A DNA stretch of 46,896 nt from a virus, in the IMG/VR virus record IMGVR_UViG_3300050505_000211. One strand, given 5' to 3'. A program made the translations under genes and the position numbers. Positions 34,006 through 41,626 of this stretch are shown one piece after another. Numbering within the stretch: position 1 is the first letter of the stretch; the number at the start of each line of letters is the position of its first letter. Below the pieces are notes generated by a model. It ran no database searches. It was not told where the DNA came from and was given only the letters and a program-made list of their open reading frames with translations.

Positions 34006-34466
34006 TATCTCGTGTCTATACCCCTCAAGGTAATGGTCCCAAAATACGAGTCTGTGGCCAATGCTCTAGGGCGCGAGCCAAGGTAAGTGTGCGGACAAGC
34101 AGAAGTTCTTTTTGTTTCCACACGTGAGAAAAGTGGAACTAATATAGACCTCTCCATCCCCTTCCCCCTGGGGCCGGGGGTAGGCGTCGCCTTTGGTTCG
34201 ACATGATCGTCAACCCAAGCGCGGTCATTGTCAACCTTACCTCCATATTCACTAACAATAACAATAACTTAACTACTAATCCGGTATGTCCTAACAGCTG
34301 CGCAGGCAATCGGCCACGTTCCGGATAGGTCTATCAGGAACACAAAAGATCAATGTTTTTGCAGTGGCAGTAGCACGTTCGCACCTAATCGTGTTACTCC
34401 GCGTGTGTTTGCCTTTTAGTGTAGCGCGAGCAGTCAAGCATTCAGCTCCTCTAGCTTGCCTGATTT

Positions 34467-34588
34467 TGTCACTATGACACAATGTCACGTCACTCTGCCC
34501 GTTGCTGCAAAGCAAATCAAAACACTTTCACATAATCGCTAAGACTTAATGTCACACTGACATAGTGGCACGCTGAATGCATTGTCAC
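34467..34588 (+). promoter_or_regulatory. operator-like cluster of four (A/T)TGTCAC repeats, two as GTCA-N3-TGAC palindromes
   Basis: TGTCAC at 34467, 34483, 34550 and 34583. Palindromes gtcactatgac (34468-34478) and gtcacactgac (34551-34561). The last repeat ends 6 nt before the ATG at 34595. Confidence 0.5.
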
Positions 34589-34594
34589 TAGGTC

Positions 34595-35287
34595 ATGAAG
34601 CACAAAGAGTTAATCGGGTTCAAGCCTATCAACGCACGTGACCGCAACGAGAAGCTCGGGAATATCCCATACACAACGTCAAGCGCCGAGACTTGCCCGT
34701 CAGCATGTCCACTCAAAGCAAAAGGATGCTACGCAAAGCAAGGACCCTTGTATTGGCATTGGCGCAAAGTGACTGAAGGCAAGCGTGGAATCACGTGGCA
34801 AGCGTTCTTAGATAACATCAAAGCGTTACCGGACGGCCAAGTGTGGAGGCACAATCAAGCAGGGGATTTGCCCGGTGTCGACAATGACATTGACACACAC
34901 AAGCTTGACGAAATTGTGAAAGCCAACACTGGCAAGCGTGGCTTCACATACACACACAAGCCAGTATCCAGCGCAAAGAATCGTAAAGCAATTGCTAGAG
35001 CTAATCACCTAGGCTTCACTATCAATCTCTCTGCCGACAATCTCCGCGAAGCAGACACACTGAAAGCTTTAAACATTACGCCTGTTGCTGTGGTGCTGCC
35101 TCTTGGCACGGAGAAGAAAATCAGCACACCCGCAGGCAACACAGTGATTCTATGTCCTGCGCAGTACAAAGAGAATCTCACATGCGGCAACTGCAAACTG
35201 TGTGCAATCCGCGATCGTAAAGTGATTATTGGATTTGAAGCACACGGAGCAAGCAAAAAACACGTCAGCAACCTTGTAGGAGAATAA
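34595..35287 (+). CDS. Cys-cluster protein of unknown function (possibly GP88-like), first early gene
   Basis: N-terminal TCPSACPLKAKGCYA and C-terminal CGNCKLC. 230-aa ORF at the head of the plus arm. Confidence 0.6.
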   Translation: MKHKELIGFKPINARDRNEKLGNIPYTTSSAETCPSACPLKAKGCYAKQGPLYWHWRKVTEGKRGITWQAFLDNIKALPDGQVWRHNQAGDLPGVDNDIDTHKLDEIVKANTGKRGFTYTHKPVSSAKNRKAIARANHLGFTINLSADNLREADTLKALNITPVAVVLPLGTEKKISTPAGNTVILCPAQYKENLTCGNCKLCAIRDRKVIIGFEAHGASKKHVSNLVGE

Positions 35288-35291
35288 TGCC

Positions 35292-35522
35292 ATGACACGA
35301 AAGTACACACTCACGTTGAAAGAATATTCCGAAGCGTTAAAGCACGCGGTGCCTAGTAGCTACACGGAACTTGTCAACTCTGCACACGGAGATGATCATC
35401 ACGTCCGTATCACTTTGCACACGGCAGAACTGCCGCAATGCGTCATTCTTGACGCGGACACGGGCAAGAATGGCACGCTCCAAGGCCTATGTGGAACAAT
35501 CAGGTTTAATGATCTTCGCTAG
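35292..35522 (+). CDS. hypothetical protein (76 aa)
   Basis: ATG 5 nt after the upstream stop. The ORF fills the interval. Confidence 0.6.
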   Translation: MTRKYTLTLKEYSEALKHAVPSSYTELVNSAHGDDHHVRITLHTAELPQCVILDADTGKNGTLQGLCGTIRFNDLR

Positions 35523-35595
35523 TTGCCTCTTGGCATAATCATTGCGACACAAGGTCACCATGTCAACACGTCACCTATCAGAAACAGAGGAAAAT

Positions 35596-35820
35596 ATGAA
35601 CATAAAAACAATTACAGCAATGCGCGACAAACTCGCCAGCGCACGCAATGATTTGAACATTGCCATTGAATTTCTGGATTGCCTTGTAACGAATCCCACG
35701 GACAAAAATACAACTATGTTGCTCGGCCAGGCCTGTGCAGCTCTTGAGCCTATACGCGTTGACGTTAGCAAGGCAGAAGCAACCTTATGCGACATTCACC
35801 GAGGCAACCTTAAGAAATAA
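35596..35820 (+). CDS. hypothetical protein (74 aa)
   Basis: ATG preceded by GAGGAAAA. The longer ORF from 35542 lacks an RBS. Confidence 0.55.
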   Translation: MNIKTITAMRDKLASARNDLNIAIEFLDCLVTNPTDKNTTMLLGQACAALEPIRVDVSKAEATLCDIHRGNLKK

Positions 35821-35837
35821 ACAAAGGAAAGAAGAAA

Positions 35838-35978
35838 ATGGACAAAACAATCCGAGTTATCCGCCTTATGCAATTAATTGCGCAAGTGAGAAAAACTTAC
35901 TCATGGAACCCAGCCGCAAGCGATTGTCTCGACATGCTGGTTGCCTACATTGAAAAGGACATGGAGAGCAAATCATGA
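35838..35978 (+). CDS. hypothetical protein (46 aa)
   Basis: ATG after AAAGGAAAGAAG. Stop overlaps the next ATG (ATGA). Confidence 0.5.
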   Translation: MDKTIRVIRLMQLIAQVRKTYSWNPAASDCLDMLVAYIEKDMESKS

Positions 35979-36244
35979 ACTGGCAAAAGCACGCAAGCGT
36001 AAGAAAAGGCGGAAAGCCCTACTTCTACCGAGCACAAGGCAAAACCGGATTCTATTCAATCGTCTGGAATCGCTGGAGCCATACTTATCACGCAACATGG
36101 CCGACATGTGTAAATGCCATTGAATTTGATTCGGTGCCAAAAGCAAAGCGATACCTAGACAAGCTTGAAAAAATAACCGGGAATCAAGCCCGACCTAAAC
36201 ACGAAGGAGAAAAATATGTCGAACAGCACACTGTCAGCACATAG
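35975..36244 (+). CDS. hypothetical protein (89 aa)
   Basis: ORF translationally coupled to its neighbours. Confidence 0.6.
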   Translation: MNWQKHASVRKGGKPYFYRAQGKTGFYSIVWNRWSHTYHATWPTCVNAIEFDSVPKAKRYLDKLEKITGNQARPKHEGEKYVEQHTVST

Positions 36245-36950
36245 AGATAGCCATAAGGTGAGCTATGAACAGCTCGCCGCAATCGTACCGCCTGAGTCTA
36301 CTCGATACTGGCGTCCTGTGTCCCACGTGGAGCTAGTGGACACGTTAAAAAACGAATTGGTTGCACGCAATGCAGTCATCACGCGTGAAGAGTTTGCCGT
36401 GAATCCTTCCGGTACAAAACTCTTCGGCACGCTTGACATAGACTTCGATGTTATCCCCGGAAGCGTGGGAGCAGCTCTTGGCTTTCGTCATTCCAATGAC
36501 AAACACATGGCCTTGCACACTGTGGCGGGTGGTCGCGTGTTTGTGTGTGACAACATGATGCTATCAGGCGACATCACAATCCTGAAGCAAAAGCACAATT
36601 GGAGATACAATCTCCGGAACCTCATCCAGCAGGGCCTTGACGCATGGCAGCGTAAACGCGTGAACCTGGCGAATAGCATCGAACGAATGATGGACACTCC
36701 CATCACCGACACTACTGCGCAAGCCCTGCTAGGCAAAGCTCTGTACGATGGCATCACCACACTGCAAACTTTCAAGCTTGCCTATGAGCTTTATTTCACG
36801 CGTGCCGTAGCACAGCCCGAAGCCTATCCCGATTGTGCACCTCGTAGCGCGTGGGGCCTCCACAACGCGTATACGCGAGCGCTGAAAGAGTCTCAGCCTA
36901 ACGTGGCTTTTCAGACAAACATTGACCTTGGGCAGCTCTTCAGACTGTAA
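36216..36950 (+). CDS. DUF932-family protein
   Basis: The pattern ...LFGTLDI...GFRHSNDKHMAL...GGRVFVCDNM... is typical of DUF932 (phage/plasmid-like TIGR03299) proteins. RBS GAAGGAG. Confidence 0.7.
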   Translation: MSNSTLSAHRDSHKVSYEQLAAIVPPESTRYWRPVSHVELVDTLKNELVARNAVITREEFAVNPSGTKLFGTLDIDFDVIPGSVGAALGFRHSNDKHMALHTVAGGRVFVCDNMMLSGDITILKQKHNWRYNLRNLIQQGLDAWQRKRVNLANSIERMMDTPITDTTAQALLGKALYDGITTLQTFKLAYELYFTRAVAQPEAYPDCAPRSAWGLHNAYTRALKESQPNVAFQTNIDLGQLFRL

Positions 36951-37006
36951 AGCACCGTAAGTCTTGCTTAGGGGCTGGAGATTATCCAGCCCTTTGTGGA
37001 GGATTT

Positions 37007-37195
37007 ATGCGAATGAAAAGACTTTGTGAGTGTACTGACAGCGGTTGCCCTGTACATGAAGGCAAAGAGGACTGTGGAAGGCGAGGAAATGGCACTGTCT
37101 ACCGCGTAGACATGGAAGACAACACTGGCACAGTAATGTGCGCAGCGTGTGCCGACGATGCAATGCAATCAGGAGTGTTTCGCTATGGCAAGTAG
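37007..37195 (+). CDS. small Cys-rich protein (62 aa)
   Basis: CEC..GCP...C...CAAC cysteine pattern. Confidence 0.55.
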   Translation: MRMKRLCECTDSGCPVHEGKEDCGRRGNGTVYRVDMEDNTGTVMCAACADDAMQSGVFRYGK

Positions 37196-37343
37196 TGTGA
37201 ACAGCGACAGGAAAGAATACAAGCGTAAGCTTGCCTTGCGAGGCAAGATAAAATGCGGGCTCTGCCGTTATCATCGCGGAGAGAATGCCACATGGCATAA
37301 GCCACGAAGCAACAAACACAAGAACCACAGGAGAGCAAAATGA
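37185..37343 (+). CDS. small basic protein (52 aa)
   Basis: Internal ATG at 37185 of the 37149 ORF. Lys/Arg/His-rich with CGLC. ATGA junction downstream. Confidence 0.45.
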   Translation: MASSVNSDRKEYKRKLALRGKIKCGLCRYHRGENATWHKPRSNKHKNHRRAK

Positions 37344-37531
37344 ACATACCACGCAAAGGCGAACAGATCACAGTGTTACCCTTTGGCCTTGGCATCATAG
37401 ACAAGGTGCTGCCTGATGGCAAGCTACAAGTGACAGTAGACAGAATGCTTAAGCTACCGAATGGCACAATCACAAACCAAGTGGTAGTGGCACAGCACAG
37501 CATCTGGATAGCAGAGGCAACACATGGCTAA
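37340..37531 (+). CDS. hypothetical protein (63 aa)
   Basis: ATGA-coupled ORF with beta-rich, SH3/KOW-like composition. Confidence 0.55.
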   Translation: MNIPRKGEQITVLPFGLGIIDKVLPDGKLQVTVDRMLKLPNGTITNQVVVAQHSIWIAEATHG

Positions 37532-37727
37532 GTGGACGGGCAGACATCGTGAAGTGAAAGAACACGACTATCTGTACACTCTCCGTCTTCGAGTAAAGGG
37601 AGAATGGCAAGCAGAGTATGTACAGATCGAAGCTTGCAACCTTGAGCAAGCACAATACAAAGCAGAACTACTACACAAAGTGAAAAGTGATGACTGCGGA
37701 TATATCACAAAGCAGATCATCAAATAA
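37524..37727 (+). CDS. hypothetical protein (67 aa)
   Basis: ORF overlapping the upstream 3' end by 8 nt. Confidence 0.55.
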   Translation: MAKWTGRHREVKEHDYLYTLRLRVKGEWQAEYVQIEACNLEQAQYKAELLHKVKSDDCGYITKQIIK

Positions 37728-37735
37728 GGTGAACG

Positions 37736-37969
37736 ATGCTAACGATACCGGACGTAAATCTTGACGCAATGGAAGAGTCAGAGCTTCGAGAGTATGCAGC
37801 ACAGATGCAAATCATTTTAATTGAAGCTCGAAAGCTCATGAGCTACGCAGTCACGAAGAGTCATGCAATACAATCTCGGAAAACGGGAAACATAGTCAAT
37901 GCACAGCTCTTTGAAGCAGCGTGTAATGCCCTCTACAGTCAATTGAGACCAGAGTCACGGACATGGTGA
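37736..37969 (+). CDS. hypothetical protein (77 aa)
   Basis: ATG after AAGGTGA. Helical composition. Confidence 0.6.
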   Translation: MLTIPDVNLDAMEESELREYAAQMQIILIEARKLMSYAVTKSHAIQSRKTGNIVNAQLFEAACNALYSQLRPESRTW

Positions 37970-38043
37970 CTACATACCTCCCGCCTCCCTCATATCAGAA
38001 GATGACCGGCGGAATAAAGTATGATGGCAGGCGTTAAGGATGG

Positions 38044-38102
38044 GCCGACCTTGGTCGGCAAGTAAATTGCTTCTTAAGTATGAAGAGAACCTAAAGGTTC
38101 TC
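38044..38102 (+). terminator. two adjacent stem-loops in a 170-bp gap (no U-tract)
   Basis: gccgac-cttg-gtcggc (38044-38059) and gagaacc-taaa-ggttctc (38085-38102). Confidence 0.35.
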
Positions 38103-38140
38103 ATGTATGTACGAAGCAAGTAAGACAGAGATAAAGATGT

Positions 38141-38434
38141 ATGTTAACTAAGAAGAGAAATGTATATACAGGGCAGGTTTTGATGCTCCAAGAGTGGAGC
38201 AAGCGCGCGGGCAAGAAGTGGCACGCGTGGAAGGTGGTTGGAGTGGGGCTTAATGGCTGGTATGCAATGGCTGATCTTTTCTGCGTGAAGCACAAAGTGC
38301 GCAGACGTTACGCCATAGGGATGCTGAAGCAAGAGGATAGGCCAAAACAATGCAGGGAGTGCTATTATGAAGCTTGTAAGAATCACAAAGAAAAAGTATC
38401 AGAAGAAAGTGTTAGCTCTAAGCAGTGGCCGTGA
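38141..38434 (+). CDS. hypothetical protein (97 aa)
   Basis: ORF after the hairpin region. Start uncertain. Confidence 0.45.
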   Translation: MLTKKRNVYTGQVLMLQEWSKRAGKKWHAWKVVGVGLNGWYAMADLFCVKHKVRRRYAIGMLKQEDRPKQCRECYYEACKNHKEKVSEESVSSKQWP

Positions 38435-38711
38435 TGTTGGCTACAGCTGGAGCAGCTATGAGGGCAACGAGCAGGGCGACTACAGCGTCATGCTCTGCCT
38501 CGGGGAGCACGGGCCGGAGATGTTCCGCCTGGACATGACGCACGAAGAGCTAGGGCATCTTGTGCGCTATTGGAATGAGACAGAAAGCGGGAGCAGGGAG
38601 AAGTGGTGCACAGGGCATGCTGTGCTCGGGTCGGAAGTGAAGACTCTGCGGCAGGCTGATAATGAGTGGAGACAAAAAGTAGAGCTGATAGCAGCGGACC
38701 ATAAAGCTTGA
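38367..38711 (+). CDS. hypothetical protein (114 aa)
   Basis: ORF overlapping the previous one by 68 nt. Globular-looking composition. Confidence 0.55.
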   Translation: MKLVRITKKKYQKKVLALSSGRDVGYSWSSYEGNEQGDYSVMLCLGEHGPEMFRLDMTHEELGHLVRYWNETESGSREKWCTGHAVLGSEVKTLRQADNEWRQKVELIAADHKA

Positions 38712-38748
38712 CAAAGAGTCACGGTGACATTATCCTTGGGAGGCAGCT

Positions 38749-39003
38749 ATGGACGGTCAGCAAATTTATAGGCGTATCTTAACACCTTTAGCGCGGAGAG
38801 TGCCGACGATGAAAGCAAAAGACATGCAGAAATGGCGCGAGGAGCACGGCCATAGTCAGGCGTCGTTAGCTGCCGCCCTGGAGATTAGCTCACGTCAGAT
38901 CATGCGCTATGAGATGGGGGAGCAAGTGATACCGAAAGCTATCGAGCTGGCAATGCGTTCCGTGCCGGATAGAAAGGGAGGCGGAAGATGGCCGGGAAAA
39001 TGA
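38749..39003 (+). CDS. XRE-family helix-turn-helix transcriptional regulator
   Basis: HGHSQASLAAALEISSRQIMRYEMGEQVIP is a classic XRE HTH. GGGAGG RBS before 38749. Confidence 0.75.
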   Translation: MDGQQIYRRILTPLARRVPTMKAKDMQKWREEHGHSQASLAAALEISSRQIMRYEMGEQVIPKAIELAMRSVPDRKGGGRWPGK

Positions 39004-39104
39004 AGACAAGACGACTCGCAGCGAAAGATTTGAAGTGGATTGAGCTAGTGCTTGGTAGGCCATCAAAAAAGAAGTCACGCAAACGGCGAGAGCGTGTGAA
39101 ATGA
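39000..39104 (+). CDS. tiny basic peptide (34 aa)
   Basis: ATGA overlap on both sides. KKKSRKRRERVK tail. Confidence 0.3.
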   Translation: MKTRRLAAKDLKWIELVLGRPSKKKSRKRRERVK

Positions 39105-39256
39105 TGCATTTATTTTTAGAAGTGGTTGGGGTGGTGGGTCTCGTTGTTTTGTTTCTTATGGCCGTGGGTATTGTGTCTCTACTACGCGGTGGCAAGAGTG
39201 ACAGCGACAGTGACACGGCAGGCGCAAGTGACACAGAAAGGAAAGACAAAGGTTAG
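39101..39256 (+). CDS. small membrane protein (51 aa)
   Basis: TM VVGVVGLVVLFLMAVGIVSLL then SDSDSD tail. Competes with the alternative-frame ORF 39126-39425. Confidence 0.35.
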   Translation: MMHLFLEVVGVVGLVVLFLMAVGIVSLLRGGKSDSDSDTAGASDTERKDKG

Positions 39257-39390
39257 TCACCGAAGGTCAGAGGCAGCAGCCCTGCCTTGGCACAAGTGCT
39301 GCAATAGTGCATCGTCAAGTCGCTACCTGAATCCCTACACGAGAATCATCTTCTGCGTGAACCAGTGGCGGCCCATTTACGGAGGAACAC

Positions 39391-39900
39391 ATGGGTCACT
39401 TGCATTCTGGATTAACGTACGATAAAAGCCCCTTTCAGCGTAAGGTGCTGTATTTCCAGGGAATGAAAGTTGACATAAGTCAACTCAGTATATTTTATCA
39501 GACGTTCCTGGCAGGCATGGCCCTTGCGCTGGAAGGCAGGTGCAATATGCCCAAGCGCAAAGAGCTGGAGGTGCTTCCTGTCAGTAACGCCCCCGAGTTA
39601 TCCTCCGAAGATATTTTCAGCAGCGAGAATTGGGAGATTGCCAATCTTCGCCGTCGCCTAGCAGCTGCCCACGCGGACAAGAAAACGCTCAATGACAAGC
39701 TCACGCTGTCTCTCGACTTGCTAGTATCCGAGTTGCGTATGTGGCGCTTAGGTCTGCGCGAGGGCCAATGGGAAACGATGGGACAGATACAAGCGCGGGT
39801 GGCGAAGCTTGAGGGTATGGTGAAAATGTTGCTGGAGAGTGCTCCTGGTCGGCACACGATGGTGGAAGAGCATGCGCGTCTCTTTGGAGGTGGTCGATGA
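39391..39900 (+). CDS. hypothetical coiled-coil protein upstream of recombinase
   Basis: GGAGGA RBS. ATGA overlap with the recombinase start. Confidence 0.65.
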   Translation: MGHLHSGLTYDKSPFQRKVLYFQGMKVDISQLSIFYQTFLAGMALALEGRCNMPKRKELEVLPVSNAPELSSEDIFSSENWEIANLRRRLAAAHADKKTLNDKLTLSLDLLVSELRMWRLGLREGQWETMGQIQARVAKLEGMVKMLLESAPGRHTMVEEHARLFGGGR

Positions 39901-40589
39901 TTGCAATCGCCTATCTCCGACGCTCGGCAAAGTCAGACGATCGCACTGTGTCTCTGCAGGAGCAACAGCGGCAAGTGGAAAACTATTGTGAGCGCGAAAG
40001 CCTCATGCTTGTCTACTCTCTCGTGCACGATGGCATCAGCGGAGGAAAACGACAGCGCTTCGCGGAAATCTTTCACGCGGTGAAATGCACTGGAGCGAAG
40101 GCCTTAGTCATCTACAACCAAGATCGCTTTGCCCGTGACGCAGAGGGCTTTATGGGAGCCATGCGGACCCTAATCAGTGCAGGAGTGGCCGTGCATGAAA
40201 CGGCGTCCGGCGTCATCGACTTCTCGGACCCTACGAAGAAGTTTGGCCATGGCATGCGTGCCGTGATGGATGAATACCTACGTGAGGTGGTGGGCAAGAA
40301 AACAAAAGATGCTCTCGAATACAAGAGACTGAATCTTCAGCAGTACAGTCACATTCCGCCATTTGGCTTCGAGTATGTGAACGGCGAAATGAGAGAACAC
40401 GCAGCAGAGCAAGCTGCCTTAAGCAACATCATCATCAAGTGTGCGGCTAGGGGTCTTGGAGCACGACGCACATGCAATGAGCTGTACGCATCCGGCTATC
40501 GTGGACGCATGGGAATCGCAACGATTCACCGACTACTTCACAGCATCAAAGAGAAGCTCCCCGCTTCCTACTTCGCTCCGAACGAGTGA
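39897..40589 (+). CDS. serine recombinase (resolvase catalytic domain plus start of 'recombinase' domain; lacks zinc-ribbon/coiled-coil of large serine integrases)
   Basis: IAYLRRSAKSDD (catalytic Ser region), NQDRFARD and PPFGFEY...EQAALSNIII motifs. Only 230 aa. Confidence 0.8.
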   Translation: MIAIAYLRRSAKSDDRTVSLQEQQRQVENYCERESLMLVYSLVHDGISGGKRQRFAEIFHAVKCTGAKALVIYNQDRFARDAEGFMGAMRTLISAGVAVHETASGVIDFSDPTKKFGHGMRAVMDEYLREVVGKKTKDALEYKRLNLQQYSHIPPFGFEYVNGEMREHAAEQAALSNIIIKCAARGLGARRTCNELYASGYRGRMGIATIHRLLHSIKEKLPASYFAPNE

Positions 40590-40634
40590 CCAAATAGCTT
40601 AGGATCGCCCGCGACTGCCAAGCGGCCCTTGTGA

Positions 40635-40683
40635 GGGGTATGAAGGGATACCCCAAGGGGAAGTGTGTCACCACTCCCCCTTG
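40635..40683 (+). other. hairpin plus 30-bp imperfect palindrome downstream of recombinase (terminator or recombination-site candidate)
   Basis: ggggtat-gaaggg-atacccc (40635-40654). caaggggaagtg-tgtcac-cactcccccttg (40654-40683) has 11/12 complementary arms and a TGTCAC centre. Confidence 0.4.
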
Positions 40684-40754
40684 AGCAAAGATCGTGCCAC
40701 CAGTTTTCCGCCTGCGGCGCGACCCGTAACCACGCGGAACTAAAGGAGAATCGC

Positions 40755-41432
40755 ATGGCTACCGTACATTATTTGTCCCTTAATTCGTCGGTTGGGACCA
40801 TTACAGTAGGAGGAAGTAAACGCAAGATGAACGCCGACGAATACAACAATCTTCGCCCCCGCTTACGCAACCGCGTCACTAGCAAGCGCGAGGATCTCGT
40901 TCTATTCGACCCGCAGTCAGAAGCAAATGAATACCTCCTTGCTTCCGATTTCAACATCGAGCTGAAGACTGATCTCACTCGGGCTCTCAGCAGCTTCTCT
41001 CCCATTCAACAGCGTACCATCATCCGCGTGCTGCTACAAGGGCAGTCGGTGCGTGAAGCCACCAAGAAGATGAGGCAGTCAACTAGGACGTGGGCACGCT
41101 GGCTCCACGCTGAGGCTCTTCCGCGTCTTCGCAGCTTCCTTGACAACTACAAAGAAGAGCTGACTTGCAAGGGCAACTACAACCCCAAGTACATTGATGC
41201 CGTGGGGAGTATGTGCGCTGAAAAGCACACGGTGAAGTGCAAATTCTGTCCACACTTTGTCACCACCAGAGATCCCGAACAGTCTTTCAACACGCTTAAG
41301 AAACACATCAAGAAAGAGCATCCTGCTGAGTTCAAGCCCGTGGCACAATATGTTCACGAGAAAGACTACGAGATTCATATGCTTGAATCGCGCATCGTTG
41401 AAGTGCCCGTGGCCGAGGAAGAGGAGCTATGA
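40755..41432 (+). CDS. sigma-70 region-4-like / LuxR-type HTH protein with C-terminal C2H2-like zinc finger
   Basis: AAAGGAG RBS. FSPIQQRTIIRVLLQGQSVREATKKMRQSTRTWARWLHAEALPRLRSFL resembles sigma region 4. CKFC...HIKKEH. Confidence 0.55.
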   Translation: MATVHYLSLNSSVGTITVGGSKRKMNADEYNNLRPRLRNRVTSKREDLVLFDPQSEANEYLLASDFNIELKTDLTRALSSFSPIQQRTIIRVLLQGQSVREATKKMRQSTRTWARWLHAEALPRLRSFLDNYKEELTCKGNYNPKYIDAVGSMCAEKHTVKCKFCPHFVTTRDPEQSFNTLKKHIKKEHPAEFKPVAQYVHEKDYEIHMLESRIVEVPVAEEEEL

Positions 41433-41626
41433 CCTTGTTCGATCTTGTGCAGGGCATGGTGGATCAGCGTCTCCCACAGTTTGAAGGAGCTGGCATCAAG
41501 CGAGAGGGAGCGCAGGTGTCCTTTGGACGAGGGAGAGGCAAGTTCTTTCTCTGCCAAGCCCTGTACGTGGAGAAGAGAAAAAACAAAGTGGTAATCAAAA
41601 ACACACCAACCGCAGGAGGATTATGA
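41429..41626 (+). CDS. hypothetical protein (65 aa)
   Basis: ATGA overlaps on both sides. Confidence 0.55.
   Translation: MTLFDLVQGMVDQRLPQFEGAGIKREGAQVSFGRGRGKFFLCQALYVEKRKNKVVIKNTPTAGGL

Noticed and set aside
33819-34515. ORFs in the divergent control region (33819-34157 minus, 33885-34127 plus, 34291-34515 minus).
   Set aside because: They overlap each other or the TerS-like gene start, have no RBS, and show odd composition. The region is better explained as promoters, leaders and operators.
39126-39425. 99-aa ORF (TTG start) competing with the small TM ORF 39101-39256.
   Set aside because: It has a Trp/Cys-rich odd composition and a weak start, and it overlaps the well-supported GGAGGA-preceded start at 39391. 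It is kept only as an alternative, and the region 39257-39390 may be non-coding.
38076-40644. Shared 8-mer gtatgaag next to the hairpins on both sides of the accessory block, considered as att-like direct repeats.
   Set aside because: One shared 8-mer between two ~170-bp segments is about what chance predicts, and there is no extended identity.
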